A stretch of 59,082 bases of DNA, counting the filler, from Diploschistes diacapsis (Eukaryota): NCBI GenBank assembly GCA_023645945.1. It is 4 parts of 4 records of this genome, joined end to end, with 100 filler letters (N's around TTAATTAATTAA, not from the genome) between each part and the next. Parts side by side here need not be neighbours in the genome. Positions count along the whole stretch, not along the records: positions 1 to 31,939 come from JALAIB010000109.1; 3 more parts are not named here. The stretch is one strand, 5' to 3'. The stretch's first letter is position 1. Each line of letters begins with the position of its first letter. The translations under genes were made by a program, and so were the position numbers. The notes under the pieces are model-generated. The model was not told the DNA's origin. It did no database searches and saw only the letters and a program-made list of their open reading frames with translations. Positions 11,884 through 21,618 of this stretch are shown in pieces.

Positions 11884-13788
11884 ATGATCATCATGCGTGT
11901 TACTGATCAGCTGGCACTGGTATGTGTATTGCTTGTAGCATTCGCGGAGGCAAATCCAATAACGCAAAGGCACAATCCCGACACCTTTTCCGTCACCCAG
12001 GTGTCTCGGCCCGCTGTTGCCCATGAATTTCGTGGCAGGTTTGCCGTGCAAAAGGTTCGCCGGAAGTTCGGCCATGACAATGCCCCCTCCGCTCCGCCTT
12101 CCAAACAAGCTTCTCAAAAATCTATGAAAGCCAAAGCAAAAACGGGCGAGAAGAAGGATAAAGCAGGCAAGAAGAAGGATAAAGCACCTGCCGGCGCCGG
12201 TGAAACAACCGCAGACTCGGCAGATGGCGATCAAGAGTACGTCTGCGAAGTCGTGGTTGGAGGCCAGAAGACCAAGCTGAACTTCGACACTGGATCCTCG
12301 GACCTCTGGGTCTACTCAACTCTCCAGCCCAGCGCCCAAACCAAGGACCACGCCGCCTATGACCCAAAAAAATCAAAGTCCGCCAAGGAGCTTAAAGGCG
12401 GCTCTTGGCAAATTAGCTATGGCGACGGGAGCTCTGCTAGCGGTCTCGTCTACACCGACGATGTCAAAGCTGGAGATGTGACCGCCAACGGGCAAGCCAT
12501 CGAGCTCGCCAAGAACGTCAGCGACTCCTTCATGTCAGATCACAACAACAACGGCCTTTTAGGTCTCGGTTTTCCCAAAGGCACCACCGACGGTGCCGGA
12601 AACACTATTTCCATCGATGGAAACTCCGCCCCGCAGAACACCTTCTTTTCCACCGTAAGAAGCAAGTTGCCCCTCCCTCTCTTCACCGCCGACCTCAAGC
12701 ATCAGGCGGCCGGGAGTTACGACTTTGGCTTCATCGATAAGTCCAAGTACACTGGGGACATTAAGTACTTTGATGCCGATTCCTCGAGTGCTTACTGGGG
12801 CGTGACCTCCCAGCGCTACGGCGTCGTGGGCCAGAAGTCTGTGGACAAGAAAATCAACACCATCATCGACACGGGCACCACCCTCCTACTCATGCCCCAG
12901 TACGTGCTCGATGCATACTACAAGAACGTCAAGAACTCCCGCAACGACCAGAACCTTGGCGGTTACGTATTTCCCTGCTCGGAGAAAATACCGGACTTCA
13001 CCATCGGCTTCGGCACAGCGCCCAACGACTTCACGGCAACTATCCCAGCCAAGTACATGAACTTCGGCCCGGCCCAGTCCTCCGACCCGACGACGTGCTT
13101 CGGGGGTATGCAGTTCATGTCCGCATCCCCTGGGCTCGACGCAATCTACGGCGACATCTTCCTCAAAGCCGTCTTCACCGTCTTCGAGGCAAAGACAGAC
13201 GACAAGCCCCGCCTCGGCTTTGCTATGAAGCCCGATGCCGGCACACCGAGCAGCAGTAGCGGGTCGACACCGACGTCAAGCCCCACCCCGAGCCCGACAT
13301 CTACCTGCGACGCTACTTCGGGTGGGTCCAACGCCGACGTCTCGGTCTTCACCAAATGGTTCAACAGCATGAAGAACTGGATCACTGGCAACAAGAAAGA
13401 CAGCTGTCCTGCTCCAGACGGTGGTGATGACGGTGATGGCGGCGATGGTGACGACGGAGATGACGGCGATGGTGACGCTGGCGATGATGACGCAAAGAAA
13501 AACACGAAAAACAAGAAGGGAAAAGGCGTGCAGAAGAGCAAGGCTAGCAAATCCAATAAGAAAGCTAGCAAGGAGGTGAAGGAGGACGATGACGAAGATG
13601 AGGACGAGGACGACAAGCCTAAGACCAAGGCCAAGGGCGAGAAAAAGCAAAAGCCGAAGAAGGCCGACAAGGACGAGGATGAGGATGAGGATGAGGATGA
13701 GGACGGGGACGAGGATGAAGAGAAGGTCGATAAGAAAAAGAGTCCGAAGGGGGCTAAGAAGCCGAAGGACGACGACGAGGAAGATTAG
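11884..13788 (+). CDS. Secreted pepsin-like (A1, aspergillopepsin/penicillopepsin-type) aspartic protease with a long Asp/Glu/Lys-rich C-terminal extension
   Basis: Hydrophobic signal peptide. Both catalytic motifs FDTGSSDLWV and IIDTGTTLL. Flap WQISYGDGS; GLLGL; IYGDIFLK. Single uninterrupted 634-aa ORF. Confidence 0.93.
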   Translation: MIIMRVTDQLALVCVLLVAFAEANPITQRHNPDTFSVTQVSRPAVAHEFRGRFAVQKVRRKFGHDNAPSAPPSKQASQKSMKAKAKTGEKKDKAGKKKDKAPAGAGETTADSADGDQEYVCEVVVGGQKTKLNFDTGSSDLWVYSTLQPSAQTKDHAAYDPKKSKSAKELKGGSWQISYGDGSSASGLVYTDDVKAGDVTANGQAIELAKNVSDSFMSDHNNNGLLGLGFPKGTTDGAGNTISIDGNSAPQNTFFSTVRSKLPLPLFTADLKHQAAGSYDFGFIDKSKYTGDIKYFDADSSSAYWGVTSQRYGVVGQKSVDKKINTIIDTGTTLLLMPQYVLDAYYKNVKNSRNDQNLGGYVFPCSEKIPDFTIGFGTAPNDFTATIPAKYMNFGPAQSSDPTTCFGGMQFMSASPGLDAIYGDIFLKAVFTVFEAKTDDKPRLGFAMKPDAGTPSSSSGSTPTSSPTPSPTSTCDATSGGSNADVSVFTKWFNSMKNWITGNKKDSCPAPDGGDDGDGGDGDDGDDGDGDAGDDDAKKNTKNKKGKGVQKSKASKSNKKASKEVKEDDDEDEDEDDKPKTKAKGEKKQKPKKADKDEDEDEDEDEDGDEDEEKVDKKKSPKGAKKPKDDDEED

Positions 13789-14816
13789 ACAGAGACGAAT
13801 TACATATCCAGTCTGCCGCTGTTAGTGCGAGCACCTTTTTCCCCATAACTTGGTGAAATAGGGGCTTCCCTCGCAAGTTACTTGGTAACACGTACTTCCT
13901 CTCGCTCCTAACAAGTGCCCCCAATGATGCCGTGCAAGTCGTGAAGATAGGAAGTTGGTTGGTAGTGAAGCCACCTCCAACAACGCGGCCGCTCCGGGCC
14001 CTGTCTCGAAAGATCCTGAGACCAGTCCGGTTCCCCCCCCCCCTTTTCCTTCCGGCGCGCTTTCGTGCCGTGCTAGATTGCTACACGGAATACGCCTCCC
14101 TCCCTCCATCAATCCATCCATCAAATGAGCGTTCGAGGCACACTGTACACTATAACCTTCATAGGTGCACCGTGCATCTAAGGAGGGAAAAGGACTACGC
14201 TACATGCTATGCCGCCGCATAGGTACTGTCTAAGTTTCGACGGAGTAAAGCATCACATTCCCGTGTGCACGACTGCACTATTAAGCTTCGATTAGAGTAG
14301 ATAATTCTCCATACCCGTACAGGTATGGGACCTAGTACCCAGCAAGCATGCAGGCGGCTCGACGAACCCCGCGAAATGGCAGCATAACTCTCGTACATGG
14401 CCAACAAGAAAGTAAAGTGCAAGCAGCTGCTAATGATACATGCTGTTTCGTTTCGTTTCTTTTTTTCCCCCACAGCTTTGCGCGAGTAAAGTTTGGCGTG
14501 GGGTTTTTATTTTGCTCTTTTTTTTCCGGGTTGCGCGTGTTTGGCTGAGTCCCGTCTCGTACCCGTCCCCTGCGCAAGGTTGTGGAGGCAAAGAGCAAAG
14601 TGACCGGCCGCTGGGTGGGAGCCTGGGTTGGGTTTCGTGAGGAGTAAATGGCCCAACCCCATAGCCTTTCCTGTAGCCGACCTTTCCGAACTTTCGTGCA
14701 TGTTTCCCTTGTTGCAGCTTTCCTTTCCGCCTTCCTTCCTAACTTCCACTAACCATCTCCCATTACCCGGCTTTTCCCCCCTTCCATCTCCGCCCTTCCC
14801 CTTCTCCCATTTCCAT

Positions 14817-16136
14817 TCAATCCACCGGCGGCGGCGCATCTGTCGGATCATATCCCACATACGGCCCCTGCATATCCTGGAACGACGACCCATCCAAACC
14901 CATAGCATGCATCTCCTGCATGTAAAGCTCCTCGCATTCCTCTTCAGCAAAGTAATCCTCCTCGTCCCACGAATCATACTCGTCCGAGAACCAACCCTCC
15001 TCCTCTTCGTCCTCCCAGAACTCGTCATCGGTGTGCACGTGCCCGCACCCACTGCACACGCGCGCCGAGCGCTGGTTGCACAGCAGCACCACCTCGTTCG
15101 GCGGCAGGTGGCACCCGCTAGCGAAACCGTGTGGGTACCAGCCGTTGCGGTGCGGGTCCGTGCACGTGGGCTCGTAGCCGTTGCCCATGACGCGCTTCAC
15201 TGCCTTGATCTCCTCTTCGAAGTGGCAGGAGAAGAAGGCCTGGAAGCTCTTCAGGCCCTTCTTCGGCCCGAGTTTGTACAAGGGTTTGACCATTTTGCGG
15301 TAGCATTCTTTCATCTCGCAGCAGTGATCGTCGATAAGGTGCTCAATGTTGAACTCGGATAGGATGTCGAGGTCGAGTGCGGCGTTGATGCAGAGGTCCA
15401 GCTTCGCGAGCCAGAGGTTGTCGCGCATGTATTTGGCGAGCTTGGCCCAGCCGCGGTACTGGGTGCCGGATTTTTTGTGCCAGTCGCGGCAGCCGTTGAG
15501 GGTTGGCTGCTTTTTGTCGACGAACATGAATTGAATATCGACCTGGCGGATTTTGCGGATGGCGGGCCCTTGGGCTTCGAGCCATGCGAGGATATGCTTA
15601 GGCTTCTGGGGCTCGAAGACCAGGCGGTTGCGAGAGAGGAGGGTTTCGAGTGCTTCGTCGTGGAAGAGCTTGTTCCTGACCGCGAGGATCGCGTTGGGCG
15701 TGTTGGTGCAGTCGCAGTCTGGTCCTTTGTTGAAGCGGCAGGTTGCTTCTCGAGCGGCTTTTTCGTCGGCATACTTGGTAGCGAAGAGGATTGCCGTGGC
15801 TGCAGAGCGGACGTTGCTCAGGATTTTTCCATCGCGGATTCGCACATCTGGCACGACATGGTGAGGGTGCTCGCGGACTACAAGCTCGGTGAACGATAAG
15901 ACGTGAAGTCGGAGTTCTTTAGGTAAATCGAACCAAGGAAATATTGGACCTTGTGCATGGGGAGCGGACTGATTTGTTGTAGAAGTTTCCTTGGAATTGC
16001 TTGACTCCGCAAAAGAGTCAGGCTTTTCCATATCGGCAGATTTCCCAGAGGCAGCCGTTTGCGATCTCGTGATCCTCTTCGATGTACTTGCAGCTGAGGC
16101 TTCTACTGTCTGTTTCCTCTTTCTCGCTGCAGGCAT
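14817..16136 (-). CDS. Hypothetical protein with an F-box-like/2EXR-like motif and a Cys/His-containing acidic C-terminus
   Basis: 439-aa ORF. FPWFDLPKELRLHVL resembles the fungal F-LP-E-R motif. C-terminal CSGCGHVH followed by a D/E/W/Y-rich tract. Confidence 0.65.
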   Translation of the reverse strand: MPAARKRKQTVEASAASTSKRITRSQTAASGKSADMEKPDSFAESSNSKETSTTNQSAPHAQGPIFPWFDLPKELRLHVLSFTELVVREHPHHVVPDVRIRDGKILSNVRSAATAILFATKYADEKAAREATCRFNKGPDCDCTNTPNAILAVRNKLFHDEALETLLSRNRLVFEPQKPKHILAWLEAQGPAIRKIRQVDIQFMFVDKKQPTLNGCRDWHKKSGTQYRGWAKLAKYMRDNLWLAKLDLCINAALDLDILSEFNIEHLIDDHCCEMKECYRKMVKPLYKLGPKKGLKSFQAFFSCHFEEEIKAVKRVMGNGYEPTCTDPHRNGWYPHGFASGCHLPPNEVVLLCNQRSARVCSGCGHVHTDDEFWEDEEEEGWFSDEYDSWDEEDYFAEEECEELYMQEMHAMGLDGSSFQDMQGPYVGYDPTDAPPPVD

Positions 16137-16955
16137 TTTGTTAAGAGATATAGCTTCTCGATTCGATAAAGCAATTCAATCCCGACGAGAGAGCGAAATT
16201 GCTGGAGTTGTCGCACCGAAGCGCATAAAAGAGCTCTGGGAGCTGGTGCTTTGGAAGCTCCACAGGCAAGCGCACCAAATTCGGAGAGGTTGCTGTTGTT
16301 GTACCGGTGCTATTGGTCATTGATATTAAAATTGATGTAGACTGTAGACGTAGACGGCAAAAAGGGCGGGAAGAGAGCTCCTGGGTTGTTGTTAGTTAGA
16401 GAGGTTGTTTTAATCCCTGCTGCAAAGCTTATCGATAAGAGCGCAAAACGCAATATGACAACAGCTGTCAACTTACTATAGTCTACACTATGTTTTGAAC
16501 GAAAATGAGCCTACGCTGTGTTCCGGACAGCAGCAAATCTAAAGTCATTGACCATGTCCCAAAACAAGGTCTACAGATTCAATCCTGCAATGCTCAACAA
16601 ATTGACTCACAAAAACCTTTGTAATGAATGGTCAATGTTTGCTATACCTGCATCAATTTTGGAGCTTGCGAAGCCCTTTTACTCTAGTATTTGACATAAA
16701 AGATGGAAATGCCAGTAGTCCTCCAAGACAAGCAATCCAAGACATGTGTCCTGGAGTATCAGAGATGAAACCATGTTTGAGCACGCCAAAGTGAAGAAAA
16801 CAGCAAGTCATAACTTGGCGCCAACACCAAAGAACAATCCCAAAGGCTCTCGTACCCAAACAAGAGAAGGCCAGCACTCCTTTCAATAGACAGTAAAATA
16901 CCATCCGCTATAAAAATGTAGTTGCACGGAGTGGAAGTGAAATTCACTGCAACAA

Positions 16956-17567
16956 TCAAGGGCCACCACAGATGTAGTATACCAGATTTGCAGTCTGTCC
17001 GCAACCATGTGTGGCAGGGTTCTCCTCAGGAGAGTTGTAGGCCGCAGCGCAAGGTGACTCTCCGGGTTGACAGGCGAGTTGAGTGCATGTCTGATCATCC
17101 GGATGCAGTCCCTGATTGTAGGGCGCGAAAGGATCTCCGTTGACGAGCGAGAGGTCGTAGAAGACTTGAGCGCTGTCGAAGTTGACAGTGTACTCGAATT
17201 GAGCTATGTTGCTAGCATCTGTTGCAATATAAATTGAACTACAATCCACTGAAATCAGAATATCGTCCCGCTTACCTCCGCCGTTTACCTTGACGCTGAT
17301 TCCACCACCATCTTCTCTGGTTTGGTATGGTTCTGACCAAGTGCCGCCGTTTGCGGGGAGACCAATATTCATACCAGAGTCAACATCGGTCACTCTATCA
17401 AGCCAGACGTCGAAGCCGCAGTTGTTGATGACGGTAGTGGTGCCCACATCACGCTTGGCGACAAGGGAAGGGGTCGTAACGGTGGCGGTGTTGTCCGAGG
17501 GAAGAGGTGCTGAAAGAGAAATTGTTGCCATGAGAAGCGCGGCAGAAGCGAAAGTCGGAAAGTACAT
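16956..17567 (-). CDS. BYS1-like (thaumatin-fold-related) small secreted protein
   Basis: Signal peptide, pro-region ending VAKR, then VINNCGFDVWL, GGGISVK, QFEYT, FYDLSLVNGDPF and Cys-rich C-terminus (ATHGC..YICG). Probable 57-nt GT-AG intron at 17275-17219. Confidence 0.8.
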   Translation of the reverse strand: MYFPTFASAALLMATISLSAPLPSDNTATVTTPSLVAKRDVGTTTVINNCGFDVWLDRVTDVDSGMNIGLPANGGTWSEPYQTREDGGGISVKVNGGGKRDDILISVDCSSIYIATDASNIAQFEYTVNFDSAQVFYDLSLVNGDPFAPYNQGLHPDDQTCTQLACQPGESPCAAAYNSPEENPATHGCGQTANLVYYICGGP

Positions 17568-18677
17568 CGTAAGATTAGGGAGCATAGCACGAAAAGGGCT
17601 ATCTTTGGAGGGAGAACGCAGTTCTCTTTGCTAAGAACTGAAACGAAGATCTACCAGAAGGGAAAAAAGCACAGTTCTGCTGCGGAACGAATGTTTACAG
17701 CTCTGCTGCTAAGGGAAAAGAATGGACCTGGCCACAAACAGAAAGTACACAGCTCTGCTGGTGAAGGAATGGATACAGCACTGCTGTGAACGAAACAAAA
17801 AACCCTGGATGAACAGCAAAGGCAACTCAACTGGACGGAGAGATGGTCATTTATATACATAGCGGTAGTCAAAGACTGGCTGCAGTGGATTTAGAAAGGC
17901 TGTTGCAAAGGCGAGTGCAAAAACATAGCTCTCGCGAGCCTCAAAGCCAATGTGTTGGTTTCCAGAGCCGATTGATGTTATTCCGCTTACTACAAAACAT
18001 CGGCATTGCAGAATACAAAAGCTAATACGCAGCTCTGTTGCTGTATGGTTATGTTTTCACGTGGTTCAAGTAGTCCAGTAGATCGAGGATGCCACCATAG
18101 TTAACTTCAGCCATTCCCAGCTGACAGGCCCAATACAACCGGAATCCTCTTCTGTGAAACTGTGATAGACCAGCTGGAGCGAAGACTAGCAAGGCCATCT
18201 ATGCTAGTACGTCTCTTCTGTCCCGAATCGAGAAGAAACTTGTGCTCCAAAGAATGCCGTCCAGATGTTTGTTGGCATTAAAAAATAGCGAAATCCTTGT
18301 AGGTGAAGGCTGCTCTATGTCAATGGACGGCGAGCACAACTCCTGTGGACGAATTAGTGAAGCCACAAAGAGCATCACAGTATACTTGACGAATTGTAGG
18401 AATAGCAGTTGAGATGCCAGTGCTCTTGTCAGCACGCCTCTGAATTTCATTGTATTTATATTTACATAAGCAAACCCATCAGCCTTACCAACATTGAACC
18501 TTCAAGTTAGATTTCACGCACGGTAGAGGCAACCCAAGCTTCGTAGCTTGACCTCCTGCCTTCGCATAGGACGCGATTCATTATTACTCCTAGTATGACG
18601 CCCCTGATGCGAGTATTTTGATGCTTTACCAGCTTGTCATGTGACCCTTTGCCACAAGAGTATCACTTTGGCTCTTA

Positions 18678-20531
18678 ATGGCTAATCAGACCTCGTCTCC
18701 GCCGCGTCCGCTTCTACTCGCATCACCGCGAAGTAAGCCTCCTCGCAATCTTCTCTCTGATAACATACTTTCTCCTCGGAATCAAGCTTTTCCATCTCTT
18801 CTTAATTCCCGTACATTCGCCGCCGCAGAATCTCCGCGTCGCTGGTCACTCTTTAGCAGAGAGAGCAATGAAGCGGAAGATGGGCCTGGGCTACCGCGGA
18901 CTATGGCTAACGAGGGCTCGTTTGGTCCTCCAAGAAGGAGCGACAGCCTGGTCAACGTCGTTCCGGAGAGCATGTTGACAGAGGAGATGAGGAGTATGCG
19001 ATTAATAGGGAATGGCAATTCGAGGTATCAGTGGTGGGTGTGGAATCTTTGAAACAGCCTTGTCTAGTGTGCGGCTAACATTTGGTGCAGGGAGAAATAT
19101 TATAAAACCGAAGAAGAGCTAAAGGGACTGAAGAGGCCAATTCGGAGATACTATGAGCACAACAATTTTCTGATAAGCCAATATCTCTATATTGATCGCT
19201 TGCTCGATAGTTCACTTCCGCACAACCTTATGGAGGACTACAATCAACGGCCAAGCATCCCTCATGCTATCACTGAGGAGCCACCCACCCCAACGCATGG
19301 TGAGTTTGGAGCCGAGCCTGCGGGTAATGGAGCAGCTGCAAAGCGGATGAAGCGGACACCCCGGACCCTCTACAAGCTTCCGGAAGAAACAACGCCTCTA
19401 CTGGCGCAGGATGGTACAAAGGTTTTGGACATTGAAGGTCTTGACAACGGCCACGTCGATAGCAGTGATTCGGTAGTCAGCTGGGCTATCGCTATCAACC
19501 TTGCCGCCAACACCATTCTGCTTGTAGGAAAGATTGCCGTTATCGTACTTACAAGTTCGTTGTCAGTTTTGGCGTCTCTAGTCGATGCTGCGCTCGATTT
19601 TCTCTCAACCGCCATTGTTTTTGTGACTACGAAGGTGATATCTGTTGAAGACTATTACGGCTACCCCGTCGGCAGGCGACGGCTAGAACCCATCGGTGTC
19701 CTTGTCTTCTCCGTTATAATGATTACGAGCTTTTTCCAGGTTGCGCTCCAATGTATGCAGCGCTTGACTTCGGAAAACCACGAACTAGTTGAACTGGGCG
19801 TCCCTGCGATCACCATTATGGTGGGAACTGTCATTATTAAGGGATTGTGCTGGTTCTGGTGCCGCCTGGTCAGGAATTCAAGCGTACAGGCGCTAGCACA
19901 GGATGCCATGACTGATGGTAAGCTTATGTGCTAAAAGCATACTTCCGCTTTCCTCAAATCGCTCGCTTAGTACATCTCTATTCCGTAAACTGGGTTTTCT
20001 GGCTTTGACAGAGCTTCAGTGGCTAATATTTCTCTTGCAACAGTCGTCTTCAATACCTTCAGTATCATCTTCCCTCTAGGTAAGCCTAGATCTCTGTGCG
20101 TGCTGTGTTCCTTGCTTAAACTACGCTTAGTTGGCTTCTACGCCAAGGTCTGGTGGCTAGACGCCCTCGGCGGCCTTGTCCTCTCTTTCTATGTCATCCT
20201 TAATTGGTCGCGTACTTCAGCCTCCCACATTCGTAACCTTACCGGCTGCGCCGCTTCTGCTGACGAGCGGAATATCCTTCTCTATCTCACCATGCGCTTT
20301 GCAAAAGTCATCAACTCTATCCAGGGCCTTAAGGCATACCACTCCGGAGACAAACTCAACGTAGAGGTCGACGTCGTGCTAGATGAGGGCATGAAGTTGA
20401 AAGACAGCCACGATCTCGGAGAAAGCTTGCAGTACGTCCTGGAGAGTGTACCCATGGTGGACAGGGCGTTTGTGCATCTCGACTACAACGCGTGGAATCT
20501 TCCGACGCACATGGAACAGAGTGAATCGTGA
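18678..20531 (+). CDS. Cation diffusion facilitator (CDF) metal transporter, Mn-CDF/MTP-like, multi-exon
   Basis: SLSVLASLVDAALD, YPVGRRRLEPIG, ALAQDAMTD, WWLDALGG and C-terminal SHDLGESLQYVLE..VDRAFVHLDY. ORFs 18678, 19200 and 20019 joined by introns near 19035-19090, 19918-20043 and 20080-20130. Confidence 0.9.
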
Positions 20532-21171
20532 AAGGGTGTTTGGCGCGTGAATCGATTTGTTTGCTAGTAGGCGCATTATGAGTAAGGCCTGTTTGCTAAT
20601 GTAAATTACTATGATACCCCATCTTGATGAACAATTCTTCTTCTCTAAAGCCCCTTGACTTCCATAGATTCTGAGTTGTTTTCTATCTTACAAAAGGGCT
20701 AGTTCAGCATCCTATCAACCACAAGTTACTACCAAATATGAGTACCGAAAATTGACCATGACAACTTTAGTATCTAACAAGCTAGGTACAACGATTCTCA
20801 AAGGGGACCCATGATAGATGTATTCAGGAGACTCGACCCGCTCTGAATAAATCAGTATTAGTTCTTGATCGGTGGGCCCATCATCCCCGAGGTCCTATTT
20901 AACACAGTGTTCATTACACGAGATCCTGCTTTGTCGTTTCAAGGAGATATGCCAGCAGTTAGAGCGAAGAAGTTGTTTTTCCTGTTTACCACTGACATCG
21001 GCTTCACTCAATACAGTAATTTGACCTGCCCTCATAGGCTTAAGCTTTTCGCTGTTTCCTCTCTGGGGACTCGTCATCACACTGCGGGTTTACGCTTAGT
21101 CCAAGGGGGCATATATATATATTCTGGTTAACACTGTTCTTTGTAAGGAACCAATTGCCTTTACAGACGAA

Positions 21172-21618
21172 GTGCCACAAAGCCTCGATCGAGCTGTCAT
21201 ACAACTTCTTCAGGAGGCTTGGACGCTCCTGGCCTGTACTCGTGGGAGGGATACAGATTCAGACTGTCTCGAGAATCTCAGGATGTCCAATGGAAGAGTT
21301 GAACAACACAGTGGATTAGTCGATGCCTGCTATCGTCGGTTGAACAGCGCTACTGGCTCTCTTGGACTCGCGAACCAGTCGATTGCAGGAATGACGCATA
21401 GGACACTGTGCCGATTCCTGCAATCTGAAGAGCTTCACTCTGTTGCTCAAGTGCAAATCGTCTGCCTCTCTTCATACAAGTATGTAACACTAGGAAGCAT
21501 CATGGATACCTTGGCCGTGGAAACACTTCATAGACCACGGAACAGATCAGGCTTGGACATTGTGCAAACCTTCACTTTCAAACCCGATATGGGAAGCGAC
21601 GGAGGGGATGAGGAATAA
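21172..21618 (+). pseudogene. Possible remnant of a NACHT/NLR-type (HET-associated) gene
   Basis: CYRRLNSATGSLG...MTHRTLCRFLQ resembles the RRLNS.C.GLLE...HRTV.DFL segment that follows fungal NACHT domains. Surrounded by stops, with no P-loop seen. Confidence 0.3.

Noticed and set aside
13146..13825. Overlapping ORFs 13146-13670 (-), 13276-13650 (-) and 13589-13825 (+)
   Set aside because: They are shadow frames of the low-complexity protease tail.
14507..15899. Several long overlapping ORFs (for example 14628-15362 +, 14507-15052 -)
   Set aside because: They are antisense or alternative frames of the GC-rich 439-aa gene, with no domain features.
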